DNA from: an uncultured virus (IMG/VR IMGVR_UViG_3300050821_004861)
Lineage: Duplodnaviria; Heunggongvirae; Uroviricota; Caudoviricetes
Direction: 5' to 3' (one strand)
DNA length: 64,000 nt
IMG/VR virus record: IMGVR_UViG_3300050821_004861
Part shown: one piece after another, positions 9,246 to 16,484 of the stretch
How the letters are laid out: each line of letters starts with the position of its first letter
Position numbering within the stretch: position 1 is the stretch's first letter
Translations under genes and position numbers: made by a program
The notes under the pieces: model-generated
Databases searched by the model: none
Told to the model about the DNA's origin: nothing
Seen by the model: only the letters and a program-made list of their open reading frames with translations

Positions 9246-9263
9246 TTTACAATTTCCTATTTT

Positions 9264-9320
9264 GATCTCATCAGGTTGCGCCACACGCAACGACGGCCAA
9301 TCGCACTGGCCGTTTCGATC
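9264..9320 (-). ncRNA. type II hammerhead ribozyme HH2 (GUC site, cut 9292/9291)
   Basis: GAUC GAAA CGGCCA-GUGCGAU-UGGCCG UC GUUGCG-UGUGG-CGCAAC CUGAUGA GAUC. Confidence 0.94.
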
Positions 9321-9554
9321 TCAATATATTTCTTGCCCTTCAATGCATGGTGCATATTCATATGGCATATTAAGATGTTTGCATTTACCGTGATTGGTAA
9401 ATCCTGGGCAATTACAACTGTCACCTATGGTAGAAAGAACAACTTCATAAGTTTCCTTTCCATCTTTAAGAATACAGTAGCAATCGCCATAAACGCGATC
9501 ACCTCGATATTCATCGAGAAGTTTGTGGCCGTTTCGTTTTACTTGATATACCAT
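9321..9554 (-). CDS. SWIM zinc-finger protein
   Basis: SCNCPGF...CKHL; GGAGGTAGC RBS. Confidence 0.65.
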   Translation of the reverse strand: MVYQVKRNGHKLLDEYRGDRVYGDCYCILKDGKETYEVVLSTIGDSCNCPGFTNHGKCKHLNMPYEYAPCIEGQEIY

Positions 9555-9738
9555 TGCTACCTCCTTGACGATAACCAGTACGCACCACACGCGTGGCCGT
9601 TATGCTGGGTGGAACATTATTATTGAAGTCCTGCAAATAGTTGTATCGAAAATCATCAGTAGATTTCTTTACCATTTGCTCCAAATAGACTTCTACTCTG
9701 GACTTCCATAACTCAAATTCAGCTTGCTCTTGTATCAT
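9511..9738 (-). CDS. hypothetical protein (start MIQEQ)
   Basis: AGGT RBS; packed in the operon. Confidence 0.45.
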   Translation of the reverse strand: MIQEQAEFELWKSRVEVYLEQMVKKSTDDFRYNYLQDFNNNVPPSITATRVVRTGYRQGGSNGISSKTKRPQTSR

Positions 9739-9745
9739 TAGGCAC

Positions 9746-9994
9746 CTATCTTGTTTTGGGGAAATTCTTGGCAACCCAAACTTCACATTCCTCCTTTGCA
9801 TTGAGGTTAGAACAATCATCTATGGTGCGCCACTCACCGCTACCGCTTTTGTAAATGGCACGTTCAGGAGCACCGTCCTCGATGGCTCTTTCAATTTCAC
9901 CGTCGATATAATACTGGAAAGAACCAAGACGGTATCCCCATGCAACGATGAATGGATACTTCTTTCTGTTTTCTTTTTGCTGATTAAGTTTCAT
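9746..9994 (-). CDS. hypothetical protein (start MKLNQ)
   Basis: AGGAG RBS. Confidence 0.55.
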   Translation of the reverse strand: MKLNQQKENRKKYPFIVAWGYRLGSFQYYIDGEIERAIEDGAPERAIYKSGSGEWRTIDDCSNLNAKEECEVWVAKNFPKTR

Positions 9995-9995
9995 T

Positions 9996-10220
9996 CTATG
10001 ACTCCTTAGTAAAATGGGCAACGATTGTTTCCCAGTCACCGCAATATTGAATTGGCAACTTTTTGCCGCCAACTACGATTACCTGGTAAAAACCGCCAAT
10101 ACCAATGATTTCTTGTTCATTGGCTTCTGGCCCACGGTTTAGATAAGTCCATCCGTCATTTTCTTCGCGACGAATGAGCTTGTTTCCTCTGGAATATACC
10201 CAAACGTCAGATGCACTCAT
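9996..10220 (-). CDS. hypothetical protein (start MSASD)
   Basis: GGAG RBS; ATGA overlap with the upstream stop. Confidence 0.55.
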   Translation of the reverse strand: MSASDVWVYSRGNKLIRREENDGWTYLNRGPEANEQEIIGIGGFYQVIVVGGKKLPIQYCGDWETIVAHFTKES

Positions 10221-10516
10221 CCGAATCTCCAATCGCCTGCGCCACAATAGCTTTCAAAATCGCCGTTCTCACGAGCAGCGAGGCGGCGATCTTCAGCATG
10301 TTGCGCCAATTCTTCGAGGCGCGCTGCTTTCAACACACGCTTTCCAGAACAAGCGGCACATGTGATATCATATGTGCCATTCCTGTAGTCTTCAGCGAAG
10401 TCTGGATCTTCATCGAAGTCCTCGCGAGTCAATCCATTACAATCTATATTTGGATTGACTGTCGTTCCCTCCCCATCGCAAACTGGGCAGAGAATCCATG
10501 GGTCGCTCTTTGTCAT
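10217..10516 (-). CDS. DnaJ-like CxxCxGxG zinc-finger protein
   Basis: CPVCDGEG ... CAACSGKR. Confidence 0.65.
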   Translation of the reverse strand: MTKSDPWILCPVCDGEGTTVNPNIDCNGLTREDFDEDPDFAEDYRNGTYDITCAACSGKRVLKAARLEELAQHAEDRRLAARENGDFESYCGAGDWRFG

Positions 10517-10533
10517 TATACACATCCTTAGTT

Positions 10534-10577
10534 GGCAAAATTGCCTAAAAGTGGGGGCAAAGCCCCCAAAGTTCAAT
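10534..10577 (-). ncRNA. two-hairpin intergenic motif, copy 2
   Basis: ATTGAACTTT-[GGGGGC TTT GCCCCC]-ACTTTTA-[GGC AATTTT GCC]. Confidence 0.5.
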
Positions 10578-10860
10578 TTGTTTGGTCAGGAATAAAAACT
10601 AATGATTCCAAACGATTTTTTATATGGTCAATAAATAGATTATAAACTTCAATTTCTGTTATTGAAACATTATCTGCTATTGCCATTTCCATATATTCTT
10701 TTATATTTGTGGCACATACAATAGCTAATGCCTCAAATATAACATCAGAAGGCTGTCCGCCAATAATCCTTCTCATCTTATTACAGATATTTTGGATTTT
10801 TGCTCCCTTTTTGGGATCAACCTTTCCGCCTACTTTTATTTCATTTATGCTATTTGACAT
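10573..10860 (-). CDS. hypothetical protein (start MSNSI)
   Basis: AGGAG RBS. Confidence 0.6.
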   Translation of the reverse strand: MSNSINEIKVGGKVDPKKGAKIQNICNKMRRIIGGQPSDVIFEALAIVCATNIKEYMEMAIADNVSITEIEVYNLFIDHIKNRLESLVFIPDQTN

Positions 10861-10878
10861 TTTACTCTCCTGGTTAGC

Positions 10879-10929
10879 GGTCTTAAATGACCTAAAAGTG
10901 GGGCGCACTGCTGCGCCCCAAAGTTCAAT
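10879..10929 (-). ncRNA. two-hairpin intergenic motif, copy 3
   Basis: ATTGAACTTT-[GGGGCGCA GCAG TGCGCCCC]-ACTTTTA-[GGTC ATTTAA GACC]. Confidence 0.5.
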
Positions 10930-10932
10930 TAC

Positions 10933-11154
10933 TTACTGATTAAGATAGTCTGGACCATTGCCCTCGTACTGCTGGATAATGAGCATTTGAGCACGAGTTG
11001 GAGTGCATGTGCAATGTGAATCATCACAAGCACGCTTGTAGGCTGCATGATTGTCTCTCTTCCACTGAGAGATCTTTTCGGCCCTTGTCTTTGGCCTCTC
11101 AACAGTAGTGACAGTACCGTCTTCAAAAGTAGACATTTTATCAACTTTTGTCAT
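10933..11154 (-). CDS. hypothetical protein (start MTKVD)
   Basis: AGGAGGTAGC RBS directly after HH3. Confidence 0.6.
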   Translation of the reverse strand: MTKVDKMSTFEDGTVTTVERPKTRAEKISQWKRDNHAAYKRACDDSHCTCTPTRAQMLIIQQYEGNGPDYLNQ

Positions 11155-11170
11155 GCTACCTCCTATTACT

Positions 11171-11235
11171 GATCTCATCAGGCAGGGAGAAACCCTGCGA
11201 CTATGGGCGCTTAGTGGCGCCACATAGTTTCGATC
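11171..11235 (-). ncRNA. type II hammerhead ribozyme HH3 (GUC site, cut 11199/11198)
   Basis: GAUC GAAA CUAUG(U)GGCGC-CACUAA-GCGCCCAUAG UC GCAGGG-UUUCU-CCCUGC CUGAUGA GAUC. Confidence 0.93.
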
Positions 11236-11571
11236 TTAACTGCCAGTATGAAGTTGAAGAACACCATTCTCTAATTCATAGAAATCTTCTATGAAAACGT
11301 GGTGCTCATCGCCACTTTCCTGTATGGCTTTATCTGCTGCTTTCCACAGATCAAGCCAAGTTGGACCTTCAATCTTAACTGAAGATGCCTTACCCCACTG
11401 CATATCAGCAGGATACGAAACTTCAGTAGCGCCAACATAAGGGTGATTAAAACTCATATTTATAAAATCATTATCTGCTGATATTGACCAATATGATTTT
11501 GTTATTCCGTTTTTCTTGCCAATTGCTAAGTAGCAATCAAACGGATCTTGCTCAGATACTAACCTTATCAT
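11236..11571 (-). CDS. hypothetical protein (TWLDLWKAAD...HHVFIEDF type)
   Basis: AAGGA RBS; start MIRLV. Confidence 0.6.
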   Translation of the reverse strand: MIRLVSEQDPFDCYLAIGKKNGITKSYWSISADNDFINMSFNHPYVGATEVSYPADMQWGKASSVKIEGPTWLDLWKAADKAIQESGDEHHVFIEDFYELENGVLQLHTGS

Positions 11572-11582
11572 CTCTGTTATCC

Positions 11583-11840
11583 TTACGAACAGTTTGGGTT
11601 GTCTTGCTCTGGGGTGAGCGGCCAAGATTGTGTATCAGCAACTACGCCAATACCTTTCTCAACCTGCATTTGGATTGCCATTGCAAGTTGGGTAACACTA
11701 TAGTCGCCACTGGTAGCCTCAACTGTAAATTGGCGAACTACCTCGTCACCTTGTACGAATGGCGCTGTACCATTCTCGTAGATGGTAGAGATTTGAACTA
11801 CCACCTTTACTGCTTCAGCATCGCGTTTTACAAATGACAT
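11583..11840 (-). CDS. hypothetical protein
   Basis: Its RBS (GAGGAG) lies inside the HH4 core. Confidence 0.6.
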   Translation of the reverse strand: MSFVKRDAEAVKVVVQISTIYENGTAPFVQGDEVVRQFTVEATSGDYSVTQLAMAIQMQVEKGIGVVADTQSWPLTPEQDNPNCS

Positions 11841-11843
11841 TTT

Positions 11844-11903
11844 GATCTCCTCAGGCAGCGCCTTACGCTGCGACTGGGCGCATCACTGCGGCCAGTTTCG
11901 ATC
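11844..11903 (-). ncRNA. type II hammerhead ribozyme HH4 (GUC site, cut 11872/11871)
   Basis: GAUC GAAA CUGG(C)CGCA-GUGA-UGCG(C)CCAG UC GCAGCG-UAAGG-CGCUGC CUGAGGA GAUC. Confidence 0.92.
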
Positions 11904-11904
11904 T

Positions 11905-12144
11905 TTATTTTTTATCAGCAATCTTCACTACGTTTGCCAATGCTCTTGCGTGAAGCTTATCTTCGATGGTTTGAGCAGCTACTGTCAATATCTTTGCTCG
12001 CACATCGAGATCAGATAATTGTCCTGGCTTCATCTTCGGCGGAGGATTATCCAAAACAAAGTCTATTTTTTTGACTGTTGTTCTAATTGTGGAAGCCACC
12101 TCCTGTGCTTGGGCTATTTCAAACTCAATAGTAACCTTTTCCAT
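11905..12144 (-). CDS. hypothetical protein (start MEKVT)
   Basis: AAGGAGGTAGC RBS. Confidence 0.6.
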   Translation of the reverse strand: MEKVTIEFEIAQAQEVASTIRTTVKKIDFVLDNPPPKMKPGQLSDLDVRAKILTVAAQTIEDKLHARALANVVKIADKK

Positions 12145-12154
12145 TGCTACCTCC

Positions 12155-12316
12155 TTAACTCCACTGCCCATCTTCTTTGCCTTCAACATAGGCAGCATCT
12201 ACCATCTTCTCAATGGTAGCACACAGTTCCTTGAGTTTCTCTTCTGAGATTTCAAGAATGGCTTTGACAGCCTCAGCTATCAGATTAGCCCTACTTCCTT
12301 CTATTTCCATTAACAT
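12155..12316 (-). CDS. hypothetical protein (start MLMEI)
   Basis: AGGTGA RBS after HH5. Confidence 0.5.
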   Translation of the reverse strand: MLMEIEGSRANLIAEAVKAILEISEEKLKELCATIEKMVDAAYVEGKEDGQWS

Positions 12317-12341
12317 TTTTATCACCTGGCTGTTTGTTGCT

Positions 12342-12404
12342 GACCTCGTCAGACGCTGCATTACAGCGTGACTGGAGAGCCTTTTGGGCGCTCCAGTTTC
12401 GGTC
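12342..12404 (-). ncRNA. type II hammerhead ribozyme HH5 (GUC site, cut 12370/12369)
   Basis: GACC GAAA CUGGAG-CGCCCAAAAGGCU-CUCCAG UC ACGCUG-UAAUG-CAGCGU CUGACGA GGUC. Confidence 0.93.
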
Positions 12405-12695
12405 TTAATAACCCATTAAATCGAGCAGGTTAAGTTGATGTTTGGTAGCTGTTCCGCACTCACGAGCATCGAAAGCAGCGCCCACTGACTCTTCCATACG
12501 AAGAGTCCAATTATCTGGACGTGTCTCTATGGTGAGGCGATTACCCCAATCGGAATAATATGAAATACCAACGGCGAATTCTCTCTCAACTCCGCCTACC
12601 ATGCTGAGAACTCTCTCGCGAGCCTTCTCAAGTGTAGGATAAAGTGAAAGATGACGTCCGTCAGGTGCGCTATTGATAACCAGATATTTTGCCAT
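12405..12695 (-). CDS. hypothetical protein (start MAKYL)
   Basis: AGGAG RBS after HH6. Confidence 0.6.
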   Translation of the reverse strand: MAKYLVINSAPDGRHLSLYPTLEKARERVLSMVGGVEREFAVGISYYSDWGNRLTIETRPDNWTLRMEESVGAAFDARECGTATKHQLNLLDLMGY

Positions 12696-12714
12696 TCTAC
12701 AACTCCTAGTTACT

Positions 12715-12777
12715 GATCTCATCAGGCAACGCCTTACGTTGCGATTGGAACGCTTTGTGGGCGCTCCAATTTCGATC
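12715..12777 (-). ncRNA. type II hammerhead ribozyme HH6 (AUC site, cut 12743/12742)
   Basis: GAUC GAAA UUGGAGCGC-CCACAAA-GCGUUCCAA UC GCAACG-UAAGG-CGUUGC CUGAUGA GAUC. Confidence 0.93.
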
Positions 12778-12778
12778 T

Positions 12779-13126
12779 TCAGTAGCAATTTCTGAGCATT
12801 GCTTCGTCAGCCTCGATGCACTCCATAATGCTCTCACGCTCCGCTCTGGAATACTTACGCATGGAGCGCTCAAACAGCATATTTGGAATCGCTTCAGCTC
12901 TGCGAACTGAAAGTCCAGTTAATTCTTCAAATATCAGAGCCGGATCTATTCCACAAGAGTTTTGAGCATCGTAATGTCTATCGCCAGTTTTAACCCATTC
13001 GCCTAATCCGCTATGGATTGTGACTGGATTACGCGTTGTATCAGTAAAGTAGAATGTAATCTCCGTAAATGAATACGGATCGTGCTTTGGACCTTCAGAA
13101 CCGCGTCTAACTCTAATCTTTGCCAT
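12779..13126 (-). CDS. hypothetical protein
   Basis: AGGAG RBS after HH7. Confidence 0.6.
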   Translation of the reverse strand: MAKIRVRRGSEGPKHDPYSFTEITFYFTDTTRNPVTIHSGLGEWVKTGDRHYDAQNSCGIDPALIFEELTGLSVRRAEAIPNMLFERSMRKYSRAERESIMECIEADEAMLRNCY

Positions 13127-13146
13127 TTTAACAACTCCTGGTTACT

Positions 13147-13207
13147 GACCTCGTCAGCTAGCGCCCAACGCTAGGACTGGTGGGCTTGTGGCGCACCAGT
13201 TTCGGTC
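13147..13207 (-). ncRNA. type II hammerhead ribozyme HH7 (GUC site, cut 13175/13174)
   Basis: GACC GAAA CUGGUG-CGCCACAAGCC-CACCAG UC CUAGCG-UUGGG-CGCUAG CUGACGA GGUC. Confidence 0.93.
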
Positions 13208-13543
13208 TTAGTGCTCCAAAACTCTGTTTCTGCGATTAATCCACTGCTCTTTGACTGCTCGACCTGTAACTGAGCCTTCAGTGTATTCGCAGATATCCAA
13301 GAACTCGACGCGCCCATCCGAATAGATGGCAAGCCAATCGTCGCAGTCAGGATGCTCGTATTCGTCGTATGATTCGCTGAATTCAGAATTCCTTCCTTCA
13401 TACGAATATCCTTCAGCAAGGAGATTGTGATGAATATCTTCGTTATACAGGACTGAATTGTCCAATTTTACCTCCTTTATCAAGCCGGATAGTTCCTTCA
13501 TTATTTCTGTGAAATCATCGAGAGATTTTTCTAGTCTACTCAT
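13208..13543 (-). CDS. acidic hypothetical protein (start MSRLE)
   Basis: AGGAG RBS. Confidence 0.6.
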   Translation of the reverse strand: MSRLEKSLDDFTEIMKELSGLIKEVKLDNSVLYNEDIHHNLLAEGYSYEGRNSEFSESYDEYEHPDCDDWLAIYSDGRVEFLDICEYTEGSVTGRAVKEQWINRRNRVLEH

Positions 13544-13719
13544 TTTACTTCTCCTGTTTCGTGGTGAATTGCATAGGTGCAACTGAAACTTTCTGCTTTT
13601 TGCTACGATTGGCATGTCCAGTTGCAACGCTGACAAACAATCGCTGTAGTGGCGGCATTTTTGGCTGTTTTCTGAAAATGCTCCTATCTTTGAGTTTTGA
13701 CTTGTCCATAACGCTACTC

Positions 13720-14133
13720 CTACTTCTTACGCCAAGAAGCTTCCTCAGCTTCTTTCTTCCGAGCCTTGATTCGGCTCTGATAATCAGCAAAAGTTGTTCC
13801 TGTGACAGAACCGTAATCTCCGATGGAATCACCCTTTGCTATTTTGCTCTCAGATCGCGGAAAGTACCGCTTTCCAGGAGGATTGTTCTTAACATATTTG
13901 ATTTCGATCTTGCCTGACGCAAATGTTTTAACTCTTTTCTTGATTACACTGTAATCCTGATCTATTTCCAATTCCTCACTAGGCTTTTCGCCTGGATCTT
14001 TTAATTTGCTGAAATCAACTATAAACGTCTTACGAACAGGGGTGATATTCATATTCGTATGCCCTGATCTTCCAGCATCTATAGGATTTGCTTTCATTTG
14101 CCTTAGTCTTGCGCGTGCTTTCGATGACATCAT
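13720..14133 (-). CDS. basic hypothetical protein, first gene of the leftward array
   Basis: AGGAG RBS preceded by a long hairpin at 14150-14202. Confidence 0.6.
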   Translation of the reverse strand: MMSSKARARLRQMKANPIDAGRSGHTNMNITPVRKTFIVDFSKLKDPGEKPSEELEIDQDYSVIKKRVKTFASGKIEIKYVKNNPPGKRYFPRSESKIAKGDSIGDYGSVTGTTFADYQSRIKARKKEAEEASWRKK

Positions 14134-14465
14134 ACTCTCCTAGTTAGAAATAGCACAATTGAGCACAGCACCCTTTTCAGGGCACTGTGCTCTGTTTTGC
14201 TATCTCAGGCGGATATTTCCTTCCGCCTAAACGACGCAACTGGCCGGTTTTTCTCCCTGGAACTTTTCGCCCTTCGGGGAGAGACTGCCTGGCACCAACT
14301 ACTTAACCGCTCGGCTCGTCATTTTGCCGGGTTTATTTCGCTATTCGGCTTTGTGGCCTGCGCCGCGGTTTTCTCCGCGGGGAAAATGGATGAAATCAAC
14401 TCCTTTAAGGGGCGGGAACCGCCCCGAGAAAAAACCCTAGCACGTTCCGGGCAGGAAAGCAAGGG

Positions 14466-14491
14466 GAACGTATCGGGAACAGTACGGGAAC
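14466..14491. promoter_or_regulatory. tandem GAAC-N7-GAAC-N7-GAAC (alphaproteobacterial LexA/SOS-box-like)
   Basis: GAAC gtatcgg GAAC agtacgg GAAC. Confidence 0.45.
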
Positions 14492-14629
14492 AAAAAGGGA
14501 AAATACCATGATTTTGCTGATATATCAGTACTTTCAAAAGTTGATGTCATCCACATTTCAACCATTGATTGATGAATAGTTCAGGGGCACTCGCACTGGA
14601 GCGCTCCAGCAGGGCTTGATGAGCCCCAC

Positions 14630-14652
14630 TGTCTAGGTGTCTAGCTGTCTAG
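14630..14652. repeat. 3x TGTCTAG tandem repeat (8-bp period); inverted copy at 16421-16435
   Basis: TGTCTAGCTGTCTAG (14638-14652) is the exact reverse complement of CTAGACAGCTAGACA (16421-16435). Confidence 0.8.
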
Positions 14653-14677
14653 CGGCGTTTTCGTTTTTTATCGCGTT

Positions 14678-16150
14678 TTATCTAGTCCTGAAGATCCAGT
14701 TAACCTGCTCTGGATCCCAAGTGTTCTTTCCTTCCAGAAGAACATCCATTAGCTCGCGACACACTCTCAACGACGGGATTATATACACGTATGGCCTCAC
14801 TCCCGTCTTTGTGACAGGCGCTCTACCATCTCGCACAATAGTAACTCTGGAGCCATTACTGTGCTTTTGGACTTTACCATCTATTACCTGCGGTATTAAC
14901 TGAACGAATGCTTTTCCAAAAGCGGTCTCGTTCAATTTCGTCCTGTCGCGCACCCATCGAGACTTGCAGAAGTCAATATAAAGAAGTTCCTTGAGAACTC
15001 TGCAATTCTCACCATCGAGAATACCTTGAGGAAGCTCACCCGTTGTTAAGTTATTGAGCCACCATTCCTCTACACCAGACATACTTTGTTGCTTCTGATG
15101 CAGTAGCTCTTCAGTTACGGGTATCCTTCTCAAGTCCACCGAGCTATAGTCATAATTTAGGAAGTAGTGCAAGAGTGCTGTATTCATACCATTCTCGTAC
15201 TCTTCGTTCAGCTTCCCGAAATACTCAGTATCCTTGCGATGCGTTGAACTCACATACAGCGCATAAACGCGACGCGCGCTAAATGAGGCGGATACTAACC
15301 ACTTCGGATTACCTGTAATGAACACATGCAAATAGTTTTGCATCAACATCACAGGCACATGCTTCTCATTCACGGATATTTTCTCGCCCGTTATGAGATC
15401 TTTCAACATCTGTTCGTCTCTGCTATTCCCAGACCATCTAGCTTCCTCAATATGCAGAATCAACTTATTCCGCAACTGAGAGTTAAACGATCCGAAAATA
15501 TGATGCAGATTAGAGGATTTGAAGTAGTAGCTCTTTATCAGTTCGCAAATCTTCTCAACAAAGAAAGACTTGCCAACACCTTCTTCACCTCTAAGAACAA
15601 CTGCAACTCCAGGTCTATCCTCTGGCTCCTGGAACATTTGCGCCAGAAGCGCAACCAAGTACGTGAAGTGTTCGTCGTTCCCAGAACAGATTACCTCTCT
15701 CATAAAATCTAAGAAAGGTTGAACATTACCAGCAACCGGCTGGATATCATATCCTTCCCACAGATTATAGATCCAATCTGGGAGAGGTTCCTCTTGAGGC
15801 TTTACTATCTTGAATACCACTTTATTATAGAAGCGCCTCATTCGAGATAGAAACCAGAGTTTTCCGACATTCACACGCTTTTCTTTGCCCTTGTCATCTT
15901 CGACAAGGATTGTCATATTCGCGTGCTGAGACATAAAATCCGATTTCTTCATCCAGCTCTTTGAGCCATCTTCTTTTATGTGCAGTATTCTAGCCTGCTC
16001 ACTCTCACTTACTAGAACATGAGCATAGAACGTATTCATATTACGCACTACCTCATCTTCTGCTACTCCCCAACCATTCTTCTGGAAGAAGATCTCTGGT
16101 TGCCGGGTAAACTTTATGAGTCTACCCATTTTCTCTATTTCTTTGTCCAT
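14678..16150 (-). CDS. primase-associated P-loop helicase/ATPase (DUF5906/D5-like), paralog 1
   Basis: YNLWEG motif, Walker A GEEGVGKS, FNSQL..KL...EE, LKDLIT...INEK. Confidence 0.8.
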   Translation of the reverse strand: MDKEIEKMGRLIKFTRQPEIFFQKNGWGVAEDEVVRNMNTFYAHVLVSESEQARILHIKEDGSKSWMKKSDFMSQHANMTILVEDDKGKEKRVNVGKLWFLSRMRRFYNKVVFKIVKPQEEPLPDWIYNLWEGYDIQPVAGNVQPFLDFMREVICSGNDEHFTYLVALLAQMFQEPEDRPGVAVVLRGEEGVGKSFFVEKICELIKSYYFKSSNLHHIFGSFNSQLRNKLILHIEEARWSGNSRDEQMLKDLITGEKISVNEKHVPVMLMQNYLHVFITGNPKWLVSASFSARRVYALYVSSTHRKDTEYFGKLNEEYENGMNTALLHYFLNYDYSSVDLRRIPVTEELLHQKQQSMSGVEEWWLNNLTTGELPQGILDGENCRVLKELLYIDFCKSRWVRDRTKLNETAFGKAFVQLIPQVIDGKVQKHSNGSRVTIVRDGRAPVTKTGVRPYVYIIPSLRVCRELMDVLLEGKNTWDPEQVNWIFRTR

Positions 16151-16269
16151 TATACTATCCTCATTTTGTTGCGCCCAGAGGGCTTCTTTCCATGATGGGT
16201 CCTTGTATTCTGCTTATTCACAATGTCAAACAGCGCCTCGGCCGGGTCTCTCTCCCAATCGATGCCTCT

Positions 16270-16298
16270 ATTATAACACATTTCCGAAACCACCACAA
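16270..16298 (-). promoter_or_regulatory. sigma70-like promoter for helicase paralog 1
   Basis: TTGTGG-17 bp-TATAAT with an extended TG. Confidence 0.5.
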
Positions 16299-16420
16299 GG
16301 GCTTTCTTTTTTTGAGAAAATGAGTTCTGAATGCTATGAATATCAATCATTGATGAAAATTCATGAAAAGGGTTCCCGCCGGAAACCCTTCGCATTTTCG
16401 CGACAAAAGCAAGTTTCGAC

Positions 16421-16444
16421 CTAGACAGCTAGACAGGCAGACAC
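16421..16444. repeat. CTAGACAG x2 plus GCAGACAC; inverted partner of 14630-14652
   Basis: Direct reading of the sequence. Confidence 0.75.
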
Positions 16445-16484
16445 CATGCTTTGAGTATCATGGATCAATCATTGAATGATGGAA

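Noticed and set aside
7704..13207. Repeated GATCTCATCAGG...GTTTCGATC elements as a CRISPR array or integron attC sites
   Set aside because: The spacers are whole genes of variable length, the conserved bases are exactly the hammerhead core, and no cas or integrase gene is present.
16150..16395. 81-aa ORF upstream of helicase paralog 1
   Set aside because: No clear RBS, and it spans a good sigma70-like promoter, so it is probably spurious.
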